A stretch of DNA of 64,000 nt from an uncultured Candidatus Rokubacteria bacterium. Lineage in GTDB: Bacteria > Methylomirabilota > Methylomirabilia > Rokubacteriales > DASRDR01. A model generated the notes under the pieces. It did no database searches, had not been told where the DNA came from, and saw nothing but the letters and a program-made list of their open reading frames with translations. Numbering within the stretch: the stretch's first letter is position 1; the number at the start of each line of letters is the position of its first letter. Location: assembly GCA_963826115.1 (NCBI GenBank), contig CAWGVS010000011.1, positions 1 to 64,000 on the forward strand, read 5' to 3'. This document shows positions 32,466 through 41,278 of the stretch, one piece after another. A program made the position numbers and the translations under genes.

Positions 32466-33254
32466 CTAGGGCCCCTCCAGCACCATGCGCCGGTAGGACT
32501 CGGCCGCCTCCAGTCCCGCGCGGAGCCCCTGCTCCCGCGCCCACTCCACCAGGAAGTCCTTGGGGTCCCACTCGCCCATCTGGCTCCGGTGCTCGCGGAG
32601 GGCGGCGAGCTTCTGGTCCATCGTGCCGGCGATGTCCACGTACGTGTCGGACCGGTCGGCGCCGTGGATGTAGACCTGGCGCACCTCGTGAGGCTCGAGC
32701 CCCTCGGCGAGGAGCTCCGGGAAGATGAGACGGGTGCCCGCGGACGGGAAGACGGCGTCGAGGGCGGCGTCGGCGGCCGCCCGGTGGTCGGGATGGTTCA
32801 GGTACGTCGAGCCGTAGTACCGCACGGTCGGATCGCCGCAGACGACGGCGTCGGGCCGGAAGCGCCGGATCAGCCGGGTCAGGTCCCGGCGGAGGGCGAT
32901 GGTGGCCTCGAGCATGCCGTCCTCGTAGTCGAGGAACCACGCGTCGGAGATCCCGAGTACCCGGCAGGCGCTTCGCTGCTCCGCCTCGCGGATCGGGCCC
33001 AGGGCGGCGCGGGTCATGTCGGGCGGCGTGAACTTGTTCGACCCACCGGTGCCGCGCGTGATGCAGACGGTCACCACGGTCGAGCCCACCCGCGCCCACT
33101 TGGCGAGCGTGCCGCCCACGGTGAACTCCTGGTCGTCGGGGTGGGCGTGGATGCTCATCACCCGGGCCGGCGGCTCGGGCTCCACGACGGCCCGCTTCTG
33201 CTTGCCGTGCTCGGGAACGCCGGGGGCGTCGGGGTCGGTCGCTCCGTCGGTCAT
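32466..33254 (-). CDS. PIG-L family deacetylase
   Basis: AHPDD, R..EQ..AC..LG, NHPDH, HRSQ. Confidence 0.92.
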   Translation of the reverse strand: MTDGATDPDAPGVPEHGKQKRAVVEPEPPARVMSIHAHPDDQEFTVGGTLAKWARVGSTVVTVCITRGTGGSNKFTPPDMTRAALGPIREAEQRSACRVLGISDAWFLDYEDGMLEATIALRRDLTRLIRRFRPDAVVCGDPTVRYYGSTYLNHPDHRAAADAALDAVFPSAGTRLIFPELLAEGLEPHEVRQVYIHGADRSDTYVDIAGTMDQKLAALREHRSQMGEWDPKDFLVEWAREQGLRAGLEAAESYRRMVLEGP

Positions 33255-33715
33255 GTGCGGTCGGCAGTCCTTTCACTCTCGCGGATGGGGAAGTGTCGCG
33301 TGCCGAGGACCAGGGTGGGCCGGCCGCCCTCGTCCCGGAGGTGCGGGCCGAGCTGCTGGAGCGCCAGCCGGCCGAACCGCGCCGGGAAGGCGCCGCGGCG
33401 GACGCGACAGTAGAGCAGGCCGCGCTCGCTCCCGAGCGTGTCGGGGTCGAGCGGCTCCCGGTGGTCGCCGGCCAGCACGAGCTCCAGGCCGTCGAGCGCC
33501 CCCTCGCGGAGCACGGGGCGCACGCGCTGGATCACGAAGGGCGTCTCCTCGGGCTCGAACCAGTTCTGCTCGCCCTGGCACACCGCGAGCCAGCGCCCCT
33601 CCGGCGTGCGGGTCATGGCCAGGAGGAAGAAGCGGAGGGTCAGGGGATCGACGACCTCGCTGCCGTCGTGGAAGACCCGGCCCTCGGCGTCGACCCGGTA
33701 GCGATACTCGCGCAT
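33251..33715 (-). CDS. DUF1285-like conserved protein
   Basis: YRVDAEGRVFHDG, EETPFV, EPLDPDTL, LYCRVR..PARF pattern. Confidence 0.6.
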   Translation of the reverse strand: MREYRYRVDAEGRVFHDGSEVVDPLTLRFFLLAMTRTPEGRWLAVCQGEQNWFEPEETPFVIQRVRPVLREGALDGLELVLAGDHREPLDPDTLGSERGLLYCRVRRGAFPARFGRLALQQLGPHLRDEGGRPTLVLGTRHFPIRESERTADRT

Positions 33716-33749
33716 GTCGTCCTCATTCTACCCGTCCTCCGGGAGCCGC

Positions 33750-34292
33750 TCAGAGCCACCGTCGGACGGCGGCCCGGTACCCGCCGTACCGGTCGCCGAA
33801 CTTCTCCGCGAGGTAGTGCTCCTCCGGCGCGATCACGCCGATCCTCAGCACGCCGACGTAGACCACCAGCAGGGCGCCGAGCCAGCCGCTGTTCGCGAGG
33901 ACGGCGATGCCCGCGAAAAGCAGCGCGAGGGCGACGTACATCGGGTTCCGGGACCAGGCGTAGATCCCGTCGGTGACGAGAGCCGTTGCCGGCTTCGGCG
34001 TCTCGACGTTCGTTCCCGACCGCCGGAAGGCCCGGAGCGCCAGCGTCATGATGATGAGGCCGAGACCCACGAGCCCCCCGCCCATCCCGTAGCGAACCGC
34101 GCCGGGCCAGCCGGCCGGGAGCAGAGGAAACGGCCAGAGCCATCCGAGGGCCGCTCCAATTGCCAGCAAGAGGTACGCGATCCGCGGAGGCCGCGCGATG
34201 ACGCCGGGCCGATCCGCGCCCGCGGCGGCCGCCCGGTCGAGGCAGCGGTGTCGCGCGTTGAAGCCGCCGTGACGGGCCGTGTGCACGATCAT
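33750..34292 (-). CDS. Isoprenylcysteine carboxylmethyltransferase (ICMT/PEMT) family membrane protein
   Basis: LVTDGIYAWSRNPMY, EEHYLAEKFGDRY..Y...VRRWL; start uncertain. Confidence 0.85.
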   Translation of the reverse strand: MIVHTARHGGFNARHRCLDRAAAAGADRPGVIARPPRIAYLLLAIGAALGWLWPFPLLPAGWPGAVRYGMGGGLVGLGLIIMTLALRAFRRSGTNVETPKPATALVTDGIYAWSRNPMYVALALLFAGIAVLANSGWLGALLVVYVGVLRIGVIAPEEHYLAEKFGDRYGGYRAAVRRWL

Positions 34293-34293
34293 G

Positions 34294-34494
34294 TCAGGCT
34301 CCTTCCTGGAGACGCTCGATGCGGTGACGGAACGGGAGTCCGAGGAGCCAGCCGAGGGACGAGGCCCGACGATCCTGGCATTCCTCGCGCCGGGGGGCGA
34401 GGGTCTCGATCGCCCCGAGGCCGGCCAGGAGGCCGAAGTAGACCACGTATTGCAGCGTCTCCCCATGCTCCGCCAGGATGCCTTCGGGCGACAT
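34294..34494 (-). pseudogene. Probable internally deleted sterol desaturase/fatty-acid hydroxylase-family remnant (66 aa)
   Basis: N-terminal YFGLLAGLGAIETLAPRR joined directly to C-terminal-like SLGWLLGLPFR; no His boxes; good RBS. Confidence 0.4.
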
Positions 34495-34585
34495 GCGCCT
34501 GTCCTCCATCGGACGCCCCGGCCGGCCCCACGTCCGGGCGGCCGGCGCGCCCTCTCGTCCGGTTGATCGATCCTTCGAGGAGTCA

Positions 34586-34611
34586 TACGGCCGACGGGGG
34601 GCGGCGGTTAC
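34586..34611 (-). promoter_or_regulatory. ECF sigma promoter (leftward) GTAAC-N17-CGTA
   Basis: Minus strand GTAAC cgccgccccccgtcggc CGTA; same elements and spacing as the rightward copy. Confidence 0.7.
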
Positions 34612-34658
34612 ACCGGGCCCGGACCCGGCGGGGGAGTCGGCAGTGTGGGCCGGCTAGC

Positions 34659-34684
34659 GTAACTTCGAGACGGGCTCGTCCGTA
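34659..34684 (+). promoter_or_regulatory. ECF sigma promoter (rightward, probably autoregulatory) GTAAC-N17-CGTA
   Basis: GTAAC ttcgagacgggctcgtc CGTA ending 17 nt before the ECF start; fits the AAC/CGT ECF consensus. Confidence 0.75.
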
Positions 34685-34701
34685 GAACCGTTTGGAGGGG
34701 C

Positions 34702-35274
34702 ATGAACACGATGGCGGTGGCCGAGGCGGTGGCGCGGGCTCGCCAGGGAGACCGGGAAGGCCTTGCCGACCTCTACGAGGCGTTCGGCCGGCGTGTCCTC
34801 GGTCTCTGCCGTCACCTCCTCGGGTCCCCGGAAGCGGCGGAGGATGCCCGGAGCGACGTCTTCCTCCGCCTGCCTCGAGCGATCGAGCTTTACGATCCCG
34901 CGCTGCCGTTCGACCGCTGGCTCCTGAGCGTCACCGGTCACCACTGCCTCGACGTCCTGCGACGCCGCCGGCTCGAGTCGCGCCTGTTCGCGACCGAGCT
35001 GCTCGAGGAGGACGGTGCGTCCGTGGCAGACCAGCCGGGGTCTTCCCCGCTCGCGGTCGTGATGACCGACCAGGGTCGGGTGCGGGTGCGGGACGCGCTC
35101 CTCCGCCTGCCCGAGCGCTACCGGGTGGCGCTCGCGCTCCGCTACTACGGCGAGCTGGGCTACGAGGAGATCGCGGCCCAGCTCGGGGTGACGCGCAACC
35201 ACGTGGCGATCCTGATCTTCCGCGGCAAGCAGGCGCTTCGCCGACTGCTGGCGGATCTCGACGAGAGGGCGTGA
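34702..35274 (+). CDS. ECF RNA polymerase sigma factor
   Basis: AEDARSDVFLRL...YDP..PFDRWL (region 2); LPERYR..L.LRYY..LGYEEIA..LG (region 4). Confidence 0.92.
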   Translation: MNTMAVAEAVARARQGDREGLADLYEAFGRRVLGLCRHLLGSPEAAEDARSDVFLRLPRAIELYDPALPFDRWLLSVTGHHCLDVLRRRRLESRLFATELLEEDGASVADQPGSSPLAVVMTDQGRVRVRDALLRLPERYRVALALRYYGELGYEEIAAQLGVTRNHVAILIFRGKQALRRLLADLDERA

Positions 35275-35276
35275 CG

Positions 35277-36893
35277 ATGACCTGCCTGAGCGAGCTCACG
35301 TGTTCGGTGTACGTCGACGGGGAGCTCTCCCCGGAGGAGACCCCGGCCGCCGAGGCGCATCTTGCGACCTGCGAGCGCTGCCGGTCGCTGGTCGCGGCGC
35401 TCCGGGATGAGATCCGAGTGGTCAGCGCGGCGCTCGCCGAGACGGCAGAGCCGGCGCCGTCGCCCGCTCCCGTCAGGGGGGCTGTCCTGGCCCCCGCTGC
35501 GGGGCGCGTCGCGACGAACGGCCGACGGACGTGGGGTCTGGCGGCGATCGTGGCGGCCCTGGCGGGGGCGGGGATCCTGGCCGTCCTCGCAGGGATCGCG
35601 ACGGTCGGCGACTGGACCGGCGCGGCCGTGGGCGCGGCGGTCTTCGTCGTGCTGAACGCCGAGACGCTGTGGGGCGCCCTCGCGACGCTGGCGCTCGCCA
35701 CGATGGCGGCGCTGACGCTGGCCGGCGCGGTCTATCTCGGGCGCCCCGCCTCGCGTGCGCTCGCGGGGCTCGCGCTGACGCTCGGGGTCGCGGCGGCGAT
35801 CGCCCCGTCGTCGGCCGAGGCGCTCGAGGCGCGGAGAGGCGTGGAAGTGTCGGTGGACGCCGGCGAGACCGTGGACGGGACCCTGACGGCCGCCGCCGAG
35901 CACGTCCGCGTGGACGGCAACGTCCGCGGGGACCTGATCGTCGCGGCGGCGCGCGTGGAGGTCCGGGGGACCGTGGGCGGCGATCTCGTGGTCGCGGGCC
36001 GCACCGTGGAGGTGACCGGCACGGTGGAGGGCAGCGTCTACGTCGCCGCCAGATCGTTCACGCTGCGCGGACGCGTGGGCCGGGGGCTCTATGCGGCGGA
36101 TCGCGAGACGCGCATCGAGCCGGGCGCGCAGATCGGGGGGGACCTCGCGATGGCGGGGCGGAGCCTGTTCCTCGGCGGCGAGGTGGCGCGGGGGGCGAGC
36201 ATGTTCGTGCGGGACGCGGAGGTGACCGGCCGCGTCCGGCGGGACCTCCGGTTCCGGGGTCACCGCCTCGTGGTGCGGGCGCCGGCGCGGCTCGAGGGCA
36301 TCGTGCGGGCCGACGTCGCGCGGGCCTCGGACGTCTCGGTCGACGCCGGCGCCGCCGTGACGGGGCCTGTGCTGACGCGCGTCGGGTCCCGGGTCGCCCA
36401 CTGGTTTGGCGAGCCCCGCGTCTGGTTCTGGGTGGCGACGAGCTTCTTCGGCGCGGCGCTCCTCGGCTGGGTGGCCCTGCTGGTCGTCCCGGGTCTAGTG
36501 GCGGGCAGCGCCGAGGACGTGGGGCGCTGGGGGCGATCCCTGGGATGGGGCGTTGCGTTTCTCGTCGGAGGCCCGGTCGCGATCGTGCTCCTCGCCGTGA
36601 CCCTGGTCGGCCTGCCGCTCGCCCTCGTCCTGCTGGGCCTCTACCTGCTCAGTCTCTACGCGGCGAAGATCGTCGTGGGCCTGGCGATCGGGCGCGCGCT
36701 CCTGAAGCCGCGGGGTCACCCCCGACGCGACGCGCTACGGGCGCTGGTGGTCGGGCTGGTGCTCGTCACCGTGGCCACGGCGCTGCCCTTCGTCGGCGGG
36801 GCGATCTGGGCGGCGATCGCGTGCCTCGGCGCCGGCGCGCTTGCGGCGCGGATCGCCCGCACGGCCCTCGGCGTGCGAAGCTCGGAGGCGTGA
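35277..36893 (+). CDS. Zinc-finger anti-sigma factor with bactofilin-like beta-helix repeats and C-terminal membrane domain
   Basis: YVDGEL...HLATCERC (zf-HC2), TM helices, repeated V.G.V.GDL motifs, several C-terminal TM helices. Confidence 0.8.
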   Translation: MTCLSELTCSVYVDGELSPEETPAAEAHLATCERCRSLVAALRDEIRVVSAALAETAEPAPSPAPVRGAVLAPAAGRVATNGRRTWGLAAIVAALAGAGILAVLAGIATVGDWTGAAVGAAVFVVLNAETLWGALATLALATMAALTLAGAVYLGRPASRALAGLALTLGVAAAIAPSSAEALEARRGVEVSVDAGETVDGTLTAAAEHVRVDGNVRGDLIVAAARVEVRGTVGGDLVVAGRTVEVTGTVEGSVYVAARSFTLRGRVGRGLYAADRETRIEPGAQIGGDLAMAGRSLFLGGEVARGASMFVRDAEVTGRVRRDLRFRGHRLVVRAPARLEGIVRADVARASDVSVDAGAAVTGPVLTRVGSRVAHWFGEPRVWFWVATSFFGAALLGWVALLVVPGLVAGSAEDVGRWGRSLGWGVAFLVGGPVAIVLLAVTLVGLPLALVLLGLYLLSLYAAKIVVGLAIGRALLKPRGHPRRDALRALVVGLVLVTVATALPFVGGAIWAAIACLGAGALAARIARTALGVRSSEA

Positions 36894-37564
36894 GCGTCGA
36901 GATCCGGACCGCCGCCGAGATCCTCACCCCCGAGCGAGCCGGGGCGTGGGAGGCCCGGCGGGCGCAGCGGGACGATCCGGTGCTCCGCGCCATCTGGCGC
37001 GCGTTCGTCGACACCGGCGGGCCGGTGACGCTCGACGGGGTGTCGCGGGCTCTCCGCGAGCTCACCGTCGACACGCTCCGCGAGCGGGCGTCCGCGCTGG
37101 ACGGCGCGGACCTGATCGGGTTCGAGGGAGAGCGGGTCGTTCTCGCGTACCCGTTCACGGCGGAGCCGAACGACTTCGAGGTGGTCCTGCCGGGCCGGCG
37201 GCACCGCTACGCGTGCTGCGCGATCGACGCGCTCGGCGTGGCGCCGATGCTGGGCGTGGGGGTGACGGTCCGCTCGCGCTGTCACCGGAGCGGCGACGCG
37301 CTGGTTCTCGACGTGGACCCGGAGGCCGGGCCTCTCGGGGCGCCGGCCGGCGTCGTCGCGTGGGTCGAGCGAGGCCGCTGGGGCGGCGACCGCCTCTCCG
37401 GCTTTCTCTGAACGCGCCTCAACTTCTTCCGGTCGGAGGAAGCGCTCGAGGCATGGCGCCGTGACACACCCGACGGGGACGGCGCTGCCCTCGTGCTCGC
37501 CGAGGCGTTCACGCTCGCGCGCCGGCTGTTCGGAGGGCTGCTCCTCCCGGCGGCCGCGCACTGA
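36890..37564 (+). CDS. MerB-like organometal lyase, predicted selenoprotein (Sec at TGA 37409-37411), 224 aa
   Basis: AYPFT, YACCAIDALG (cf. MerB YAWCALD, Cys96/Asp99), RSRCH; reading through TGA gives FL-U-TRLNFFRSEEALEAW (cf. MerB FCCHVHFFAS..AEDW); SECIS-like hairpin. Confidence 0.85.
37423..37442 (+). promoter_or_regulatory. Bacterial SECIS-like hairpin
   Basis: 11 nt after TGA: CTTCTTCC-GGTC-GGAGGAAG (8-bp stem with one G-U pair, GGUC loop). Confidence 0.75.
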
Positions 37565-37644
37565 CGGTCGGCGCCCGCGAGCGGGCCGGCGCGAGCCCGG
37601 CGTGTCATAATCGACGCGAGCGGTTCTCTCGGAAGGAGCGACTC

Positions 37645-38493
37645 GTGACGGACGGAACCTTCGGCTCGGTCGTCAGCACGGCGTGGCTCGGCGATCGACT
37701 GGGCGACCCCGCGCTGCGGATCCTCGACGCGACGTGGTACCTGCCGCACCTCCAGCGCGACGCGCGCGCGGAGTACCGCCAGGCGCACATCCCCGGCGCC
37801 CAGTACTTCGACATCGACGCGATCGCCGACCGCCGCCAGGGGCTGCCGCACATGCTGCCCGACGCGGCCACCTTCGCCGAGGCGGTCGGCGCCCTCGGGA
37901 TCGGCGCCGGCGACCACGTCGTGGCGTACGGGGGCAAGAACCTCGTGGCCTCCGCGCGCGTCTGGTGGACCTTCCGCGCGTTCGGGCACGACCGGGTGGT
38001 CGTGCTGGACGGGGGATTCCCGAAGTGGCGGGACGAGGGACGGCCGATCGAGGCCGGCGAGCCGACGACGACGGCGCGCCGGTTCACCGCCCGCTTCCAT
38101 CCGGAGTTGGTGACCGATCTCGCGGCCGTGCGGCGGAACGTCGAGACGCGGGTGACCCAGGTCGTCGACGCGCGCTCGGCGGGACGGTTCGCCGGCACGG
38201 AGCCCGAGCCCCGCGCCGGCCTCCGGGGCGGCCACATTCCGGGGAGCCTCAGCCTGCCGTACGACCGGCTCTTCGGGCCCGACGGCATGCTGCGCTCGCC
38301 GGACGACCTCCGCCGCGTCTTCGAGGGTGCCGGCGTCGCGCTCGACCGGCGGATCGCGACGACGTGCGGGTCGGGGGTGACGGCGTGCGTCCTCGCCCTG
38401 GGCCTCGATCGGGTCGGCCGTCCGGACGTCGCGGTCTACGACGGATCCTGGACCGAGTGGGGCGGCCGGGACGACGTGCCCGTGGAGCGGTAG
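37645..38493 (+). CDS. sseA: 3-mercaptopyruvate sulfurtransferase (tandem rhodanese)
   Basis: HIPGA, PHMLP, DARSAGRF.G..PEPR, GHIPGS, CGSGVTA active site, YDGSWTEWG. Confidence 0.95.
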   Translation: MTDGTFGSVVSTAWLGDRLGDPALRILDATWYLPHLQRDARAEYRQAHIPGAQYFDIDAIADRRQGLPHMLPDAATFAEAVGALGIGAGDHVVAYGGKNLVASARVWWTFRAFGHDRVVVLDGGFPKWRDEGRPIEAGEPTTTARRFTARFHPELVTDLAAVRRNVETRVTQVVDARSAGRFAGTEPEPRAGLRGGHIPGSLSLPYDRLFGPDGMLRSPDDLRRVFEGAGVALDRRIATTCGSGVTACVLALGLDRVGRPDVAVYDGSWTEWGGRDDVPVER

Positions 38494-38496
38494 CGC

Positions 38497-39582
38497 GTGC
38501 CGCGGCAGCGGATCGACCTCGAGCCGATCGACGCCCTCTCGATCCTCGACGAGGACGGGCGCCTCGACCAGGCCCTCGAGCCGGCGATCCCGGCGGACGA
38601 TCTCCGGCGCCTCTACCGAACGTTCCTCCTGGCGCGCCGGTTCGACGAGCGCATGCTGTTCCTCCAGCGCCAGGGCCGCATCGGCACCTACCTGCCGGCG
38701 CGCGGCCACGAGGCGGCGGTCCTCGGCAGCGTCTACCCGCTGCGCCCGACCGACTGGATGGTCCCCGTGTGGCGCGAGTGGGCGGCGTACGTCTGGCGCG
38801 GCTGGCCCCTCGACAACCTCATCCTGCTCTACGCGGGCCTGTCCGAAGGGACGTCGCCTCCCGCCGAGATCCGGGACCTGCCGGTGTGCGTCCCGATGGG
38901 GACCCACGTCCCTCACGCGGTCGGTGTGGCCTGCGCGGCCCGGGCTCGCCGCGAGGACAGCGTCGTGCTCTGCTACTTCGGCGACGGGGCGAGCTCCGAG
39001 GGGATCTGCCAGGAGGCGATGAACTTCGCGGGCGTCTACCAGGCGCCGATCGTCTTCGTGTGCGTCAACAACCAGTGGGCGATCTCGATCCCGCGCCTCC
39101 GGCAGACTCGGGCGAAGACCCTCGCCCACCGCGCCCTGGCCTACGGGTTCCCGGGCATCCAGGTGGACGGCAACGACCTCCTGGCCATGGTGGTCGCCAC
39201 CCGCGAGGCGGTGGCGCGGGCGCGCGAGGGCCGCGGCCCCACGCTCATCGAGGCCGTGACCTACCGGCTCCTGCCCCACTCGACGGCCGACGACCCGAAG
39301 AAGTACCGCGACGAGGCCGAGGTCCGGGCGTGGGAGGCGCGGGAGCCGCTGCCGCGCTTCCGTCGCTATCTCGAGGTGAAGGGGCTGGTTGACGACGCGC
39401 TCCGCTCCCGGTTCGAGGAGGAGGTGGACGCCGAGGTCCGCGCGGCCATCGAGCGGGCCGAGGTGCGCATGCAGGCGGCCCGGCCTCTCGCGATGTTCGA
39501 CCACGTCTACGGCGACGTCCCGGCCGAGATCCTCGCGCAGCGGGCCGAGTTCGAGCAGGAGCTCGAGGGGGACCGCCGCTGA
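38497..39582 (+). CDS. pdhA: 2-oxoacid (pyruvate) dehydrogenase E1 alpha subunit
   Basis: LQRQGRIGTY, GDGASSEG...NNQWAIS TPP motif, VDGND, HSTADDPKKYR. Confidence 0.88.
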   Translation: MPRQRIDLEPIDALSILDEDGRLDQALEPAIPADDLRRLYRTFLLARRFDERMLFLQRQGRIGTYLPARGHEAAVLGSVYPLRPTDWMVPVWREWAAYVWRGWPLDNLILLYAGLSEGTSPPAEIRDLPVCVPMGTHVPHAVGVACAARARREDSVVLCYFGDGASSEGICQEAMNFAGVYQAPIVFVCVNNQWAISIPRLRQTRAKTLAHRALAYGFPGIQVDGNDLLAMVVATREAVARAREGRGPTLIEAVTYRLLPHSTADDPKKYRDEAEVRAWEAREPLPRFRRYLEVKGLVDDALRSRFEEEVDAEVRAAIERAEVRMQAARPLAMFDHVYGDVPAEILAQRAEFEQELEGDRR

Positions 39583-39595
39583 CCCCGCAGGCGAG

Positions 39596-39664
39596 CTACT
39601 CGATGACTCGGTCGGCCCGTGCCAGCAGGGACGGGGCGAGGGCCAGACCGAGAGCCTCGAGCGC
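39596..39664 (-). pseudogene. C-terminal remnant of an ABC substrate-binding protein (PF04392-like)
   Basis: Minus strand reads ALEALGLALAPSLLARADRVIE*, matching the family terminus KALGLTIPPSLLARADxVIE*. Confidence 0.65.
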
Positions 39665-39678
39665 CTCCTCCCCGTGAA

Positions 39679-41232
39679 TCACGCGTCGCGGTCGATGGTG
39701 GCGCGCGGGCGGCTGTCGCGGTCCAGGAAGTAGTTGATCCAGGAGCTCGTGCCCCGGAGGGCGCGGTCCGGCGGGGGCACGAGGGTCAACAGCTCTCGCT
39801 CCCGTCCGGCCGCGCGGGCGCGCGCGTGCATGCCGACCCACACGCAGGGCTGGTCGGCGACCTCGCAGCGCCCGAGGTGGGTGCCGCCGCACGGCCCGTT
39901 CCGGAGCCGCTTCGGGCAGGTCTCCGGGCAGACGTACTCGAGGTGGCCGAGCACGCAGTTGCCGCACGCCTGGCACCCGAACAGCGGCCGCTTGACCGCC
40001 AGCTCGAGCCGCTCGACCGCCTGGGCCACGGCGGGCCGCCGGTCCGCCCAGGCGGCGACTCGGGCGAGCGCGCGCCGGAGAGCCGTGTCCCGCGTCACCG
40101 GGAGGAGCCGGCCGAGCCCGTCGAGGAAGCGGGCGATCCCGCGGCGCCACGACCCTTCCTCGTCCGTCGCCACCGCGAGGCGGTGGGTGCCCGGGACGGG
40201 CTGCGGCCCGGCCGCTCCCGCTTCTGGAGCCGCCACGCGGCTGGCGGGCCGGTCGTAGAGGTAAAAGCCACCCGCAAGCCCGTAGCGGAGCTCCTGCGCC
40301 AGCTCCTCCCAGCGCGGGGCCAGGTCGCGCGCGCGCCGGATGATCCACGCGACGTGGTCGGCGTCGTGCGTGCCGCCCAGGTACGCCCCCGCGTAGCCGA
40401 GCCCCCGGAGTACGGCGACCGTGCGCGCCGCCCGCTCGAGGCGGGCCCGGAGCCCGCCGTCCTTCGCGCGCGCCTCCTGGCGCACTGTTTCGAGGAGCTC
40501 CGGCGACACCCAGCATCCCGGCGGCTCGCCGCGGGCCATCCGCTCGGCGGCGCGAGGGCCGAGGACGTACACGTTGCCGAGGAGAGGGATCCGGAGGCTC
40601 TTCTCGTCGACGTACCGGCGGAGCTCGCGGAACTTCTCGGCGTCCCACCCCACCTGCGTGATCGCGCAGTCGGCTCCCGCCGCCACCTTCTTCTCGAGCT
40701 TCAGGTACTGCCAGACGCAGTCCCCCTCGACGTACTTGAAGGGCGAGACCGCGACGGCGACGTGGAGCCGCCGACCGGCGCGGCGCCGCTCATGGATCAT
40801 CCGCACGAGGTGGACGGAGTCGACGTCGAAGACCGGCGACTCCGGCGGGGGACCGCCGGGACGCGGACGGGGCCAGTCCCCGGTCAGCGCGAAGACGTTC
40901 TCGATGCCGAGCGCCTGCAGGTCCTCGATCGTCTTCCGGAGGCCCGCGCGGTCCTGGCCGACGCATGTGACGTGGATGTTGGGCGTGAGCCCCCGGGCCC
41001 GCGCGGCGGTGCCCACCCGCATCGGGTCGTGCCCCATCGCGCCGCCCGCGTAGCTCGTGATGCTGCCCGCCACGACGTCGGGCACCCGCGCGAGCCGGGA
41101 CGCCACCTCGAGGAGCTTCGCCTCGCGCTGGAGGCCGGACGCGACCAGCTCGACGACGTAGCAGAAGCGGCCCGCGCCGAGGGCGTCGGCCAGCGGGTTC
41201 GCGGCGAGCGGTTGTTCGGGCTCCGGAGTCAC
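39679..41232 (-). CDS. metF: Methylenetetrahydrofolate reductase with fused Cys-rich C-terminal (MetV-like) domain
   Basis: HVTC..DR, NVFALTGD, KKVAAGAD..ITQ; C-terminal CQACGNC...CPETCPKRLRNGPCGG...CEV...CVW. Confidence 0.85.
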   Translation of the reverse strand: MTPEPEQPLAANPLADALGAGRFCYVVELVASGLQREAKLLEVASRLARVPDVVAGSITSYAGGAMGHDPMRVGTAARARGLTPNIHVTCVGQDRAGLRKTIEDLQALGIENVFALTGDWPRPRPGGPPPESPVFDVDSVHLVRMIHERRRAGRRLHVAVAVSPFKYVEGDCVWQYLKLEKKVAAGADCAITQVGWDAEKFRELRRYVDEKSLRIPLLGNVYVLGPRAAERMARGEPPGCWVSPELLETVRQEARAKDGGLRARLERAARTVAVLRGLGYAGAYLGGTHDADHVAWIIRRARDLAPRWEELAQELRYGLAGGFYLYDRPASRVAAPEAGAAGPQPVPGTHRLAVATDEEGSWRRGIARFLDGLGRLLPVTRDTALRRALARVAAWADRRPAVAQAVERLELAVKRPLFGCQACGNCVLGHLEYVCPETCPKRLRNGPCGGTHLGRCEVADQPCVWVGMHARARAAGRERELLTLVPPPDRALRGTSSWINYFLDRDSRPRATIDRDA

Positions 41233-41278
41233 GGGATCACCCGATCCGGCGGGCTCGACGGGAGGGGCCCGCCCGGGA

